Source of the DNA: Candidatus Multivoradales bacterium
Lineage (GTDB): Bacteria > Acidobacteriota > Thermoanaerobaculia > Multivoradales > Multivoraceae
Direction: 5' to 3'
Assembly (NCBI GenBank): GCA_965223325.1
Contig: CBDCWI010000002.1
Span: 3,072,001 to 3,136,000, forward strand
DNA length: 64,000 bases
Part shown: positions 9,533 through 20,900 of the stretch, piece by piece
Position numbering within the stretch: position 1 is the first letter of the stretch
Layout: each line of letters starts with the position of its first letter
Program-made: the position numbers and the translations under genes
Notes under the pieces: generated by a model
The model's input: the letters and a program-made list of their open reading frames with translations, nothing else
What the model was told of the DNA's origin: nothing
Databases searched by the model: none

Positions 9533-12500
9533 AGTCTCTGATCTCGTGGTTCGCCAAGAACGGCGTCGCCGCCAATCTGTTGATGGCATTCATCGTCTTC
9601 ATGGGCCTCTTCGCGCTCACAACCGTCGTTCTCGAGGTCTTCCCTGAGATGTCGACGCAGACGGTCTCGGTCACGGTCCCCTATCTGGGTGCGGCTCCCG
9701 AAGAAGTTGAAGTGGCCGTTTGCATTCGCGTCGAAGAAGCGATTCAAGATGTCACCGGGATTCGCAAGCTGCGCTCGACGGCATCGGAAGGCATATGCAG
9801 CGTTGTCGCCGAGCTCGAAACCGATACCGACTCGCGAAAAGCGCTCGACGACATCAAATCGCGAGTCGATGCCATCGAGACCTTTCCCGAAGAGACCGAG
9901 AAGCCCATCATCCAGGAGATCCTGATCCGCCGCCGGGTCATCTCCCTGGCGATCTCGGGTGACATCGACGAACGCTCTCTCAAGCAGCTCGCCGAGCAGG
10001 CGCGGGACGAACTCTACGCCAGCCCCGACATCACCCAGGTCGATCTGGCGGCGGTACGGCCCTACGAGATTTCAATCGAAGTCTCGGAGGCCAACCTCGA
10101 GCGCTACAACCTGACCTTCGACGACGTCGTGCGTGCGGTGCGCTCGTCGGCCATCGACCTGCCGGGTGGGGCCGTCAAATCAGCTGCGGGCGAGATTCTG
10201 CTGCGCACCAAGGGTCAGGTCTACGAGGGCGCAGCGTTCGAACGGCTACCGCTAGCAACCAGGCCCGACGGTACACGCCTCCTGGTTGGCGACGTGGCAA
10301 CGGTCATTGACGGCTTCGCCGACACCGACCTGACGGCCCGCTTTGACGGCAAGCCGATGGCCGAGGTGCAGGTCTTCCGGGTCGGCGACCAGAGCGCCAT
10401 CAAGATCGCCGACCACGTCAAAGAGTACGCGCAGAGCCTTTCCGAGACGCTACCCGAGGGGGTCGAGGCCACGACCTGGCAAGACGACACTCTGATTCTG
10501 CGCGACCGTCTCGATGTGCTGCTACGCAATGGTCGCATGGGCCTCCTGTTGGTCTTCCTGGTCCTGGCGCTGTTTCTCAAGCTGCGACTCGCCGGCTGGG
10601 TCGCCGTCGGTATCGGGGTCTCATTCATGGGGGCGGTAGCGTTGATGCCGGTTCTCGGCGTGACCGTCAACATCATTTCGCTCTTTGCGTTCATCCTGGT
10701 CCTGGGCATCGTGGTCGACGATGCGATCGTCGTTGGCGAGAACATCTATCGACATTTCGAGGAGGGCCAGACCGGCCTCATCGCAGCGATCAACGGCGCC
10801 TCGGAGGTTGCGATCCCGGTGACCTTCTCGATTCTCACAACCCTGGCGGCCTTCTGGCCGTTGCTCGCGATTCCTGGCCCGCCGGGTCAGTTCCTGCGCG
10901 TGATTCCCTTGATCGTCATCAGCTGCCTGGTGTTCTCGCTCATCGAGTCGCTTTTGATCATGCCCAATCACCTATCCCACCTTTCCCATCGCCAAGAGGA
11001 GCGGCAACCGGCAACCGGCTTGCGCGGCCTGCCGCGCCGCCTGCTGGCAGCGTGGGGGCGCGTGCAGAACCGTGTCACCGGCGGTCTGACCCGCTTGATC
11101 AAGGGGTTCTACGAGCCTTTCCTCGATTTCGCAATCGAATGGCGCTACGCCACGATCGCCATCGGCATCGCCCTCCTGATGCTCGTTGGCGGGGCGGTTG
11201 GCGGTGGCTGGGTGACCTTCGAGTTCTTCCCCGAGGTCGAGGCAGACAATGCCTCAGCAACACTCGAGATGCCCCAGGGAACACCCGTCCACGTCACCTC
11301 AGCGGCCATCGCCAGAATCGAGAACGCTGCTCTCGAGCTGCAGCGGCAGCTCGAGGTCGAGGGTGAGGGCGATTCCTTCCGGCACGTGATGGCGAGTGTC
11401 GGTGACCAGCCGTTCACGCGGATGCAGAGACAGAACGGACCCGGCATGGGCACCAGCGGCGGCACCACCTCGGCCCCGCACCTCGGCGAAGTGAACATCG
11501 AGCTCGCCCCGGCGCAGGTGCGCAGCGTCGAGGGGCAAGAAATCCTCAGACGATGGCGCGAACTCGCCGACGAAGTCCCTGACGCCGTCGAGCTCAACTT
11601 CTCGTCGTCGATGATTTCCTTCGGCTCCGCGATCGACGTGCAGCTGACCGCCCTTGACATCGATCAGCTGCAGAGCGCGGCGCGCGATCTCAAGCAAGCA
11701 CTCCGCGACTATCCCGGAGTGATGGAGATCACCGACTCCTACCGCACCGGAAAGCGCGAACTCGAGCTTCAGATCACGCCGCGCGCCGAAGCCCTCGGCT
11801 TTACGCTTGCCGACCTGGCCCGCCAGGTGCGGCAGGCCTTCTATGGCGCTGAGGCCCAGCGCATCCAACGCGGCCGCGACGACGTGCGCGTCATGGTGCG
11901 CTATACCGAAGAGGAGCGCGGCTCGCTCGAGTCTCTAGAGCGCATGCGGCTACGTCAACCGGGAGGTGGCGAGGTGCCGTTCTCCTTCGCAGGGCGCGTC
12001 GAGCCCGGGCGTGGCTTCTCGTCGATCCAGCGCACCGACCGTCGCCGCACGCTCAACGTCAGCGCCGACGTCGACAACGCAGTGGCGAACGCCAACGAGA
12101 TCGTGCGCGATCTCGAACAGGACATCCTGCCGGAGATTCTCGCGCGTCACTCCGGCGTCGGCTACTCGTTGGCCGGTGAACAAGAGGAGCAAATGCGCAC
12201 CTTCGGCGCGCTCGGAAAGGCATTCGGCATCGCACTGGTGATGATCTACGGCCTACTGGCGATTCCCTTTCGCTCCTACCTGCAGCCCCTGATCGTCATG
12301 TCCGCGATTCCCTTCGGTCTCGTAGGCGCAGTCTTCGGCCACGTGATGCTCGGCATGAGCCTGACCATGCTGTCGCTCTTCGGCGTGATCGCACTCACCG
12401 GTGTTGTCGTCAACGACAGTCTGGTGATGGTGGACTTCATCAACAGGCGTTATCGAAGCGGCCTGCCGCTCAATCAGGCAATCCGCGAAGCCGGCGCGGC

Positions 12501-12756
12501 GCGCTTTCGCCCGATCCTCCTCACCTCGCTGACGACCTTTGTCGGCCTGACACCGCTCTTGCTCGAGAAGAGCCTGCAGGCACAGTTCCTGATTCCGATG
12601 GCAACGTCGCTAGCCTTCGGGGTGCTCTTTGCGACCGCGATCACCCTGGTGCTGGTGCCGGTGCTCTACCGCATCCTCGAGGACCTCCGACCCTCCCATG
12701 CGCGCAACGAAGAGGCGCCGGCGATGGGTGGGATCCCCGATCCCGAATACGCCTGA
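9529..12756 (+). CDS. RND efflux permease (AcrB/AcrD/AcrF family)
   Basis: 1075 aa, GIVVDDAIVVGENI, GVVVNDSLV, RFRPILLTSLTT. Confidence 0.96.
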   Translation: MKSLISWFAKNGVAANLLMAFIVFMGLFALTTVVLEVFPEMSTQTVSVTVPYLGAAPEEVEVAVCIRVEEAIQDVTGIRKLRSTASEGICSVVAELETDTDSRKALDDIKSRVDAIETFPEETEKPIIQEILIRRRVISLAISGDIDERSLKQLAEQARDELYASPDITQVDLAAVRPYEISIEVSEANLERYNLTFDDVVRAVRSSAIDLPGGAVKSAAGEILLRTKGQVYEGAAFERLPLATRPDGTRLLVGDVATVIDGFADTDLTARFDGKPMAEVQVFRVGDQSAIKIADHVKEYAQSLSETLPEGVEATTWQDDTLILRDRLDVLLRNGRMGLLLVFLVLALFLKLRLAGWVAVGIGVSFMGAVALMPVLGVTVNIISLFAFILVLGIVVDDAIVVGENIYRHFEEGQTGLIAAINGASEVAIPVTFSILTTLAAFWPLLAIPGPPGQFLRVIPLIVISCLVFSLIESLLIMPNHLSHLSHRQEERQPATGLRGLPRRLLAAWGRVQNRVTGGLTRLIKGFYEPFLDFAIEWRYATIAIGIALLMLVGGAVGGGWVTFEFFPEVEADNASATLEMPQGTPVHVTSAAIARIENAALELQRQLEVEGEGDSFRHVMASVGDQPFTRMQRQNGPGMGTSGGTTSAPHLGEVNIELAPAQVRSVEGQEILRRWRELADEVPDAVELNFSSSMISFGSAIDVQLTALDIDQLQSAARDLKQALRDYPGVMEITDSYRTGKRELELQITPRAEALGFTLADLARQVRQAFYGAEAQRIQRGRDDVRVMVRYTEEERGSLESLERMRLRQPGGGEVPFSFAGRVEPGRGFSSIQRTDRRRTLNVSADVDNAVANANEIVRDLEQDILPEILARHSGVGYSLAGEQEEQMRTFGALGKAFGIALVMIYGLLAIPFRSYLQPLIVMSAIPFGLVGAVFGHVMLGMSLTMLSLFGVIALTGVVVNDSLVMVDFINRRYRSGLPLNQAIREAGAARFRPILLTSLTTFVGLTPLLLEKSLQAQFLIPMATSLAFGVLFATAITLVLVPVLYRILEDLRPSHARNEEAPAMGGIPDPEYA

Positions 12757-12765
12757 GCTCACCGT

Positions 12766-14421
12766 TCAGCGTGCCATCAGGAACGTCAGCCTGCTAGCAG
12801 CCTGCTGCCGGTAATGGATCACCACATCCTGCTTGCCATCTTGGTTGATGTCATGCAACCACACCCGGCGCTCATCGTCCGGTAGTTCCACCGCAACAGC
12901 TCGAGGGCTCTGGGAGAACAGGCGCGGAGTGGGTTCTCCAACATAGACCAAGAGCTCCCGAGGGCCGTTCCCAACCAGAAGGTCGGCGCGGCCGTCCCCG
13001 CTCACATCGCCCAGGAGCACCGCAGGGAAGAAGACCCCGCCCTTCTCGGTACTCCTTCGCGGTCTGATCTCGAGCTCGAAAGAGGGGGACTCCGGGTAGC
13101 GGCCATCCCTGGATCGGTAGGCCGCGACATCGATCGCCACCGACTTCCTGAACATCGCTCGGGCCATGCCGCCGAACCCGACCTTGACGTCGCCAAACAA
13201 CGCGTCGAGCTCACCGTCTCCATCGATATCTTTGAAACGTTGTACTGAGTAGCCCCACGGCTGCATGCCTCCGGCTCTGCCACGGGGAACGATCGCGGCA
13301 TGAGCGCCCTCGGCGGACCCCCAGGTCGACTCACCGCCCGCGGCTCTACCGTGGTGGATTTCGTAGCGGCTGCGTTGCCTGAAAGGACTACGGCCGGTCA
13401 ATGAATGAGTCACGAGATCAGCGACTCCATCGCCGTTCAAGTCGCCGACCAGGTGCAGAACCGTACGGCTGGACTTCTTGCGGAGGCCACTCATGAGCCT
13501 CCACATCCCGACATCGGCGAAGCCGAAACCGAGGGTGTATGGCCCATCTCTGTCGAACGGCACCCCCGGACTGAGGGTCAGCGCCCGAGGAGAGAACGAG
13601 CCTCCCTCGTTCTGGTGATGGACGACGAAATGATCGCGGTTCCAGAACACCAGATCGGACCGACCGTCCTGGTCGTAGTCCATCTCGTGGACTCGGCTCA
13701 GGTACCAGGGAATCGTCGCCGATGTGAGTCCCTGCTCACGGTAGGTTCCACCGCCGTCAAGAGAACGCTCGGCGAGCAGCGGCTCCGGCGGTCCCAGCGC
13801 AAGTGGGGGGGCGAAGGTCCCGTCGCTCTCCTGCAGTGAGATCCAAAAGCCTTCGAAGCGCGGCACGATCAAATCGTCGCGACCGTCGCCGTTGACGTCA
13901 CGTGTGATGTCGACCCGGGGGACTCCGTGGTCCTCCGGCGACCTTGTAAAGGGCAGCTCGACTTCGACGAGAGGGATGGCAGTCTCGCGGGCCGGATCGA
14001 ACCAGCTGAATCGGTCCTCGCCGAAGAGCAACAGCCGCTCCTCACCGTTGATGGTTGCCAGGTCGACGAACTCGAGCTCGGGGTCCAGAGGCGCATCGAC
14101 TGCAAGACTCCAGGTGCCCCCAAGAGAGCCATAGATTCTCACCCGACATTGGTCACTGCCGTCGCAGCGAATCGCCGTGATTTCGCTGGCGGGCCCTCCG
14201 AGAAGGGACCCCATGAGAATCGTCTCTCTTTCGTCCGTTGTGAGGTCATCGCTGAGAAGCAGCTCACTGCGATCGAAACCGAGAAGCCCAGGCGCATCCA
14301 CCTCCGCCGATCCGGCGCGCGCGCAACCGGAGAGTACGACCATGAGGAGGAGCGGGGCCAGGAACCGGAACCAGGTGGTTTCGCAGTCGAATTGAGAACG
14401 GGGTGGTCGCTCGAGGGACAT
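12766..14421 (-). CDS. FG-GAP/VCBS-repeat lipoprotein
   Basis: Lipobox LSGC and repeated DxNGDGxxDL motifs (DVNGDGRDDL, DLNGDGVADL, DINQDGKQDV). Start trimmed to ATG 14421. Confidence 0.8.
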   Translation of the reverse strand: MSLERPPRSQFDCETTWFRFLAPLLLMVVLSGCARAGSAEVDAPGLLGFDRSELLLSDDLTTDERETILMGSLLGGPASEITAIRCDGSDQCRVRIYGSLGGTWSLAVDAPLDPELEFVDLATINGEERLLLFGEDRFSWFDPARETAIPLVEVELPFTRSPEDHGVPRVDITRDVNGDGRDDLIVPRFEGFWISLQESDGTFAPPLALGPPEPLLAERSLDGGGTYREQGLTSATIPWYLSRVHEMDYDQDGRSDLVFWNRDHFVVHHQNEGGSFSPRALTLSPGVPFDRDGPYTLGFGFADVGMWRLMSGLRKKSSRTVLHLVGDLNGDGVADLVTHSLTGRSPFRQRSRYEIHHGRAAGGESTWGSAEGAHAAIVPRGRAGGMQPWGYSVQRFKDIDGDGELDALFGDVKVGFGGMARAMFRKSVAIDVAAYRSRDGRYPESPSFELEIRPRRSTEKGGVFFPAVLLGDVSGDGRADLLVGNGPRELLVYVGEPTPRLFSQSPRAVAVELPDDERRVWLHDINQDGKQDVVIHYRQQAASRLTFLMAR

Positions 14422-14652
14422 TGGTACTCCCTTCTTGTCTCGGGGTTCAGGGTCTCGCGAATCAAAGCCCCGGGGACAACGATGGATTGTTCGAGACGGC
14501 GTTTGGACTCCAGCGAGGGGTAGCAACCAGCCTGCCAACTCGAAACCCCCAGTCCTCCGCGACCATCAAGTCGTGCAACGGCCCAGCGAGTACAAACCAG
14601 GCCAGAGATGTGCACCCAGGGCACAGGGGGTCCCCGAAGAGACGCCCCGCGC

Positions 14653-14895
14653 CTACTCGTCGAGCTTCTCGAGGATCTGCTCGACCTCTGTTTCGGCACG
14701 CCGGATCTTCTCGCGGCAGACCTCGAGCAGGCCAGTGGCTTCGCTGAGCTCCTCACCGAGCTGGTCGATATCGATCTCTTCGCCCTCGATGCGTTGCAGG
14801 ATCTCTTCGAGGCGTTCCATTGCCTCACCGAAGCTCTTGGCATTCTCGCCATCGATCTCGAGCGTTCCCTGCGGGTCATCCTTCTTCTTGCTCAC
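14653..14895 (-). CDS. xseB: Exodeoxyribonuclease VII small subunit
   Basis: SFGEAMERLEEILQRIE...C.EKIRRAETEVEQI; overlaps the xseA stop. Confidence 0.92.
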   Translation of the reverse strand: MSKKKDDPQGTLEIDGENAKSFGEAMERLEEILQRIEGEEIDIDQLGEELSEATGLLEVCREKIRRAETEVEQILEKLDE

Positions 14896-16307
14896 GCCTC
14901 TTCTCCCTCTCCGTTGGCGACCGGTTCTCGGTCTCCGACGGTGGCCGACAGGCTACCGCGAGCCAGGGTGATGGAGACCGCTTCCCCTGGCGCTACCTCG
15001 CTGGCGTCGAGCAGTGCGTGCCCCGCCGCTCCTCGCGTGATGCTGAAGCCCCGCGCCAAGATGCGATCAGGCGACAGCTCGAAACAAAGCCGCGCCAGGG
15101 GTTCGAGTCGCTCGCTAGCCCGCGCGAGGCGTCTCGAAGCCGCGACCGAGAGGGCCCCCGAGTACCGCTTCTCCTTCAGGCGGGCGTCGCGCAAAACGCG
15201 GCGCGCCGGCCCACTGAGGCGTGCAGCCCGACCTGCCAGACGCTCACGCTCGCGCCTTATGCGACTCCGCCCAACGAGGTTGAGCCGACGCCCAAGGTCG
15301 TCGACCGACTGCCCACTCTTCTCGAGGCGAGAGCGCGCGCCCACAACGACGCTGCGAGCATTGCCAAGTCTCGCGCTCGCCGCCGCCAGTCGTTCGCGTG
15401 CCACCTCCTCGAGACTCTCCCATGCGAGCAAGACCTCTCGTTCGGCGCTCGCCATTCGTTGCGCCAGGAACTCGCCAGCCCCTGTTGGGGTTTTGAAGGC
15501 ACGATAGGCGACGCGATCCGCCACTACATCGTCGACTTCGTGTCCAATCCCGGTGAGCACCGGGACGGGGCACTCAGCGATCGCAACGGCCAGCGACCGC
15601 CCATCAAAGGCGGCCAGGTCGGTACGCGAACCGCCACCGCGAATGATGACCAGACAGTCGAATGGATCGTCCACGGACCGTTCGCTCAGCACACGCACGC
15701 CCCGACAAATCGCCGCCTCCGCACCCTGGCCCTGTACGCGTACCCCAGCGCGCACGACCCGAAACGCAAACCCACTTTGCTCGAGCGTGCGCAAGAAATC
15801 GGCATCCGCGGCACTGCCAGGCGAAGTCACCAAGCCAACCGACAGCGGCGCCAGGCTGAGTTCGCGCTCCTTGTTGCGATCGAGCAGCTCGTTCTCTTGC
15901 AGCCAGCGGAGCGTCTCACGGCGACGTTTCTCGAGCATGCCGAGACTGAACACCGCATCAACGTCGCGCGCAATCAGTTGCAGCTTGCCGAACGGTGCGT
16001 AGTAGTCCACCCGTCCGCGCACCCGCAGCGACTGACCCTCCGCCATCTCCTGCCCCGTATGCCGCAGCATGGCCTCGACCCGCCGGCGGTCGCTGGCAAA
16101 CAACACCACGTCGAGCTTCGCAACGACATCGTCACCGCGACCCTTCTCAGCGAGCTCGAAGTAGAGGTGAGGCCCACGACTACGGATCTTCTGAATCTCG
16201 CCCGAGACCCAGACCGACGGGTAGGCGTGCCCGAGGATCTCGGTCAGCTCACGACCCAACTGCGAAACGGTGAGAGTCGGTTCTCCGCGTGCAGGCCCCA
16301 TGCTCAT
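14892..16307 (-). CDS. xseA: Exodeoxyribonuclease VII large subunit
   Basis: TVSQL..VWVSGEI..HLYF, IIRGGGS..DL..FD, TGIGHEVD, KTPTGAG, LARGFSI. Confidence 0.95.
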   Translation of the reverse strand: MSMGPARGEPTLTVSQLGRELTEILGHAYPSVWVSGEIQKIRSRGPHLYFELAEKGRGDDVVAKLDVVLFASDRRRVEAMLRHTGQEMAEGQSLRVRGRVDYYAPFGKLQLIARDVDAVFSLGMLEKRRRETLRWLQENELLDRNKERELSLAPLSVGLVTSPGSAADADFLRTLEQSGFAFRVVRAGVRVQGQGAEAAICRGVRVLSERSVDDPFDCLVIIRGGGSRTDLAAFDGRSLAVAIAECPVPVLTGIGHEVDDVVADRVAYRAFKTPTGAGEFLAQRMASAEREVLLAWESLEEVARERLAAASARLGNARSVVVGARSRLEKSGQSVDDLGRRLNLVGRSRIRRERERLAGRAARLSGPARRVLRDARLKEKRYSGALSVAASRRLARASERLEPLARLCFELSPDRILARGFSITRGAAGHALLDASEVAPGEAVSITLARGSLSATVGDREPVANGEGEEA

Positions 16308-16380
16308 GTACGAACTCTAGCGCCGCGAGCCCCGACGCCGGTCCAGGACACCCCCACTGGAGTCTCCAAGAGTGCCCTCA

Positions 16381-16790
16381 AACCCACCGCAGACCTACGA
16401 AGCTCTTGCAGGGCGGCTCCAAACAAACACCGCGCTCGCAACAGACCCCCTTGGCCCCCGAAGCCCATCGCCCGAAAACCGAACCCCGCCGCAGAGCCTC
16501 GAACGACACTCTCACAGCGAAACCAAGGTCCGCGGCGAGCGCGACAACCCACGCAGGCCTACGAAGCTCCTGCAAGGCGGCTCAAAGCGAACACCGCAAA
16601 CGCAACAGACCCCCTTGCACCCCGAAGCCCATCGCCCAAAAACCAACTCTCGCCGCTGAGCCCCGAACAACACTCTCACAGCGAAACCAAGGTCCGCGGC
16701 GCTCGACAACCCACCGCAGGCCTACGAAGCTCCTGCAAGGCGGCCGCAAACGAAGGCGGCACACGCAACGGACCGCTTGCGCCGCAAGGG
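16381..16790. repeat. Intergenic tandem direct repeat, ~162-165 bp unit, two full copies plus a partial third
   Basis: Units start at 16381, 16546 and 16708 (AACCCA(C)CGCAG[A/G]CCTACGAAGCTC[T/C]TGCA...). CACTCTCACAGCGAAACCAAGGTCCGCGGCG is identical in copies 1 and 2. Confidence 0.9.
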
Positions 16791-16904
16791 TGACGCTAGC
16801 GTGCGCCGTGGTAACCACACACCGCTACCACAAGACCGTAACCCCACCCGTACCGCGCAACCAACCAGGTCCACGTCACCATGGCCGACCAACCACGGCG
16901 CACG

Positions 16905-17453
16905 CTAGTGATACGACGCCAGCTCGCCCGCCGACTCGAGCGGAATCGACTCGGCCCACTCAATCGCGCGCTTGTCGCCGATGGTCAGCTTGTCGAGGAA
17001 GTCACGGGCCTCGTCACGACCACCGAACATCCGCCAGATGAAGGTGTGGCCGGCTGGCGCGGTGAAGTAGGTGTACTGCTCGATACCTTCAGAGAGGTCG
17101 AAGCCGAGGTCAGATTCACCGTTGACACCCACGCAGGCGAGAGCGATGGCGCGGTTCGCAAGGGCCAGTGCCTTGAGCGGTTCTTCGTAGTCGGCGAGTT
17201 CTTCGCGCGACAACGGTGTGTGGTAGATCGCAATCCGCGACCCGTCCTCTTCGGCGAGCTGGTTGTACGGCACGTCAGCGTTGTCGAGGGCATCTTTGGT
17301 GTCACTCGTGGTGACAAAGACGTCCTCCGTGCCGTTGACCTTGTAGGTGATTGCGTAGAGATCTGAGGGCAGGTTGCCGAAGGCCTCGGCGAGCATGCCT
17401 TCATCCTCGATGGTGAAGTAATAGAGTGGCGAAACCGTGCGACGTGCGGCCAT
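16905..17453 (-). CDS. Hypothetical acidic cytoplasmic protein
   Basis: 182 aa with host-like codon usage and a purine-rich RBS (GAAGAGGAAG) upstream. No family recognised. Confidence 0.75.
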   Translation of the reverse strand: MAARRTVSPLYYFTIEDEGMLAEAFGNLPSDLYAITYKVNGTEDVFVTTSDTKDALDNADVPYNQLAEEDGSRIAIYHTPLSREELADYEEPLKALALANRAIALACVGVNGESDLGFDLSEGIEQYTYFTAPAGHTFIWRMFGGRDEARDFLDKLTIGDKRAIEWAESIPLESAGELASYH

Positions 17454-17916
17454 TCCTGACTTCCTCTTCTTCCGTCTAGTGCCTGATTGGAGCGAGTGAT
17501 CGAGCTTGCTATCCCAAGTGCGGGTCCCGCAAGCCTTGCAACCGCCGTCCTGGTTGTCCAGAACGCGGTTCGCGGTGCCTCGGAGTCGAGTCTCTGGGGC
17601 ACAACAAGTGGAGTGCCCAGATTATTCGCCTCGAGGGGCCTCGCGGACCACGACGCCGGCGGCCTGTGCGCCTGGCGGCCCTTCGGGACGAATTCGCACA
17701 ATGCCTCGGAAATCGGTGGCTTCCTAGGCAGCAGCCCTTCCTCATGGCAGGATCGGATGATCCTTGGAGCTGCGGTCGAGCGAGCCCGCGACTCTAGCAG
17801 AAGAGTCCCCCCTCGGGGTCTTGAGACCTCTGTTCTCGAGGATCCGCCACCGACCTCCCGCCGGCCCCACTGTGGACCGGCGCCTGCCAGGCCAGGGCCT
17901 GGCCGCCGTTTCCCAG

Positions 17917-20900
17917 ATGTCTGACCCACCACCCACCGATCTACGGGAAACGCAGCCGCTCCAGGCCATGCGCCGCTTGCGGCTCCGTCTACCGGCAGCG
18001 CTGGTGCGGCTCCACACCGCCGACGCGGGGTGGCGAGATGAGGCGACGGAGCGAGCCGCCGAGGACGGTGCGCTGGCCTTGCGCAGCGGCCTTCTGGCTT
18101 CGGTTCCGACACAGGGCGACCCGGCGGTCGTCGAGGCGGCACTCGCCATTGCCCATCAGATCCTTGCCGAGCATCGCCCCGACGATCTGGTGATCCTGGT
18201 GTTTCCCGGCCTCGTCGAAACCGGTGACGAAGGAGCTCGCGAAGTCCGAACACCCCTCATCGACGACCTCGAGGCTCAGGGGCCTCGCGTTGCTCCGGGC
18301 CAGGTTTATTTGACTTCCCACGCATCGTGGGAGCTCGAAAGCGGCTGGCGACTCGAAAGCGCAGGCGCCTACCGAGGGCCCTCGGGCCGCGAGCTACCAC
18401 TGTGGAAACTCGTAACACCGGCTGAACGCCAGCCCTGGCGCAACCCCACCCTGCTCGGCGCCGCGCGACGGCGCGTCGAACGCCCCGAACTCGAGGACAC
18501 GGTCGACGGACTGCGCACTGGTCCTGGCCTCGTACTGACAGGCCCCATGGGATGCGGAAAAACCCGCCTCGCCCATCTGGCGATACGCGGTGAGATCGCC
18601 CTCTGGGCGAGGCCCTGGAGTCGCCGCTCGGGCGGACCGAGTCTCGCCAGCCAGTTGCTCGACCAGATCGTCCACCCAGTCGAAGGAGCGAGGCCGCTGG
18701 TCGAACGGGCCGACCCACCCCCCCGGTCAGCAGGCTGGTGGGACCCAGCGCGGGTCGGCTCGGAAGACGAAGCTCTCGCCCTCCTGCGCGACCTGCTGGC
18801 CAGCCATCGCTTACCGTCAACTGTTCAAATCGTCATCGAGGATGCCGAGCGCCTCGACGGGTCCGGGCGCCGCCTGGTGCGCGAGCTCCTGCGCCATCAG
18901 AGGCTCGGGGACGGGCTACGGGTCGTCGTCACGACGCGCGGCGCCTCGGGCTATGACGCATGGGATCTGCCCGAAGTACGCGTCGGACGCTTCAAGAACG
19001 ACGAGATGACCCAACTCGGGATGAGTCTGCTCGACGACTTGTCGATGCCGCCTCAGGTCCGCGCCGCTCTGCTCGATGCGAGTCGCGGCATTCCGTTCGC
19101 GCTCGAAGAGAGCCTGGTTCAACTGACCCGCAGCAAGGTGGTGCGTCGCGTCTATGGCAACTTCTTCTTCTCGGGTGGTGACCTCGAGGACCCAGAGCCA
19201 TCACCACGTTTGATTCGTCACCTCGAAGCCGAATGTGGCCGTCTCGGCAACTCCACGCCGCTGCGAGTGATGGCGCACCTCGAGAGCGGCATCCCAATCG
19301 AGGAGTTGACCGAGAGCGCCCTCGGCCTGGCGCCCGACTTGCCACGCGACTGGTACGAGCGCTATCTCGAGGCCGAGTTGGTCGACATCGAAGCCGCCGG
19401 CCTCGACCAGATCCTCAACCACGCCTGCCCGCTCTACCGGCGCGCCATGAATGACTCGATCCCGGCTTCGTCCGCCGAGTCGGTCCGCCACCTGATCGGC
19501 CGACAGCTGGCTGCTTTGGGTCCAGGCGAGGATCGCTGGCAGGCCTACGCCCTGCTCGCGGGGACGGCCGAGGCGATCCCCGTCCTACTCGAGCTGGCCC
19601 GCCACCCACCGCCGGAGACCCCGTCCGGCGCCTTGTTCGCCAGTCTCGCAGACGAGTTGCAAGCGCACCGCGAGCGCGAGGGCAGCGAAGACCTCGAAAT
19701 GGCGCTGCTCTGGCAGATCCTTCCCCTCGCGCGCCGAACAGGAAAGCTCCACCGCCTGGGTGATGCGATCGAGCGCGCTCTCGAACTCTCCGAAGGTCAC
19801 CCCGCCCGCCGCCTCGCGCTGATCGCACTGCGGGCTGAGAAGCTCCTCAACGACGGCCGCCCGCGTGATGCGGAGGTCTCACTGCTCGAGGCGCTCGAGA
19901 TCGCCCAGGAGACTGGTGATAAACGAAAAGCGCAGCTCTTCGTCCAGCTCGGCAAGGTCCTGCAGCGACAACATCGCTATCCAGAGGCGCGCAAACTCTT
20001 CGAGCGGCTCCTACCCGCCCTCGACGACGAGACCAGTCGCGCCCTCGAAGCGACCTGCACGTTCCATCTGGGCAACATCGCGCTCTACGAGCGCCGCCTC
20101 GAAACCGCGCTCTCACTCCACCGCGACTCTCTGAATCTGCGCCGCGAGCTCGGACTCGACAAACAAATCGGGTCTTCACTCTCAGCGCTCGGGACGGTCC
20201 ATCTCGAGCTCGGCGACTACCCCCGTGCGCTCAAGACATACCAACAGGCCGAGGAGGTACTCGACCTTCACGGTCGCGAAGGGGAGGTCTCCTACGCGCT
20301 CCTCGGACAGGGCCGGTCGCTTAGCCGGCTTGGCGACTACACCGCAGCCTCACACCCGTTCAAGCGTGCCCTGGAAGAGAGATCCCAGCGCGACGACCGC
20401 ATGGGCGAAGCGATCGCGCGCCTGATCGTTGCCGACAACCAGCTGAACCTGAGGCAGCTCGACACAGCGCTCGAGGAGGCCAAGCGTGCCCACTACGCCC
20501 TAACGCTCACCGAAGCGACCCGCCAGCTGGGACTCGCCGAACGGCTTCTCGGCCGCATCGCTCTCGGGCAACGTCGCTACGATGACGCCAGGCAACACCT
20601 CGAGACGGCCGTCAACCTCCACCAGAGGCACGGCGACATCATGGCGGCAACCTTTGATCGCGCCTGGCTGCTGGAGGCTTCACTGGCCATCGCAGACCAC
20701 CGACGCATCGAAGAGCTGTGCTCGGCCCTCGAAGCCGTGCTCGAGACCTTGCGCTACCCAGAGGGCGGCGAGATCCTCGACCTACGCCTCCATCAGGGTC
20801 TCGAGTGGCTCAGGCAGAGAGGGCGCGACGTCGATCCTGAGGTGTCTCTCCGGCGCGCCTACGGTGAACTGATGCGCAAGACCGAGATGCTGGACGCTGA

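Noticed and set aside
16381-16790. Tandem repeat considered as a CRISPR array
   Set aside because: The whole ~164-bp unit is repeated, there are no unique spacers, and there are no cas genes in the window
14820-16793. 657-aa plus-strand ORF, and similar long antisense ORFs such as 28161-29630, 35563-36765 and 56520-57845
   Set aside because: They shadow well-supported genes on the opposite strand, as expected from stop-codon scarcity in high-GC DNA, and show no protein motifs
17454-17916. Long intergenic region with a hairpin (TCTGGGGCAC...GTGCCCAGA) and overlapping ORFs
   Set aside because: A single hairpin in GC-rich DNA with no recognisable RNA family; the ORFs lack coding features
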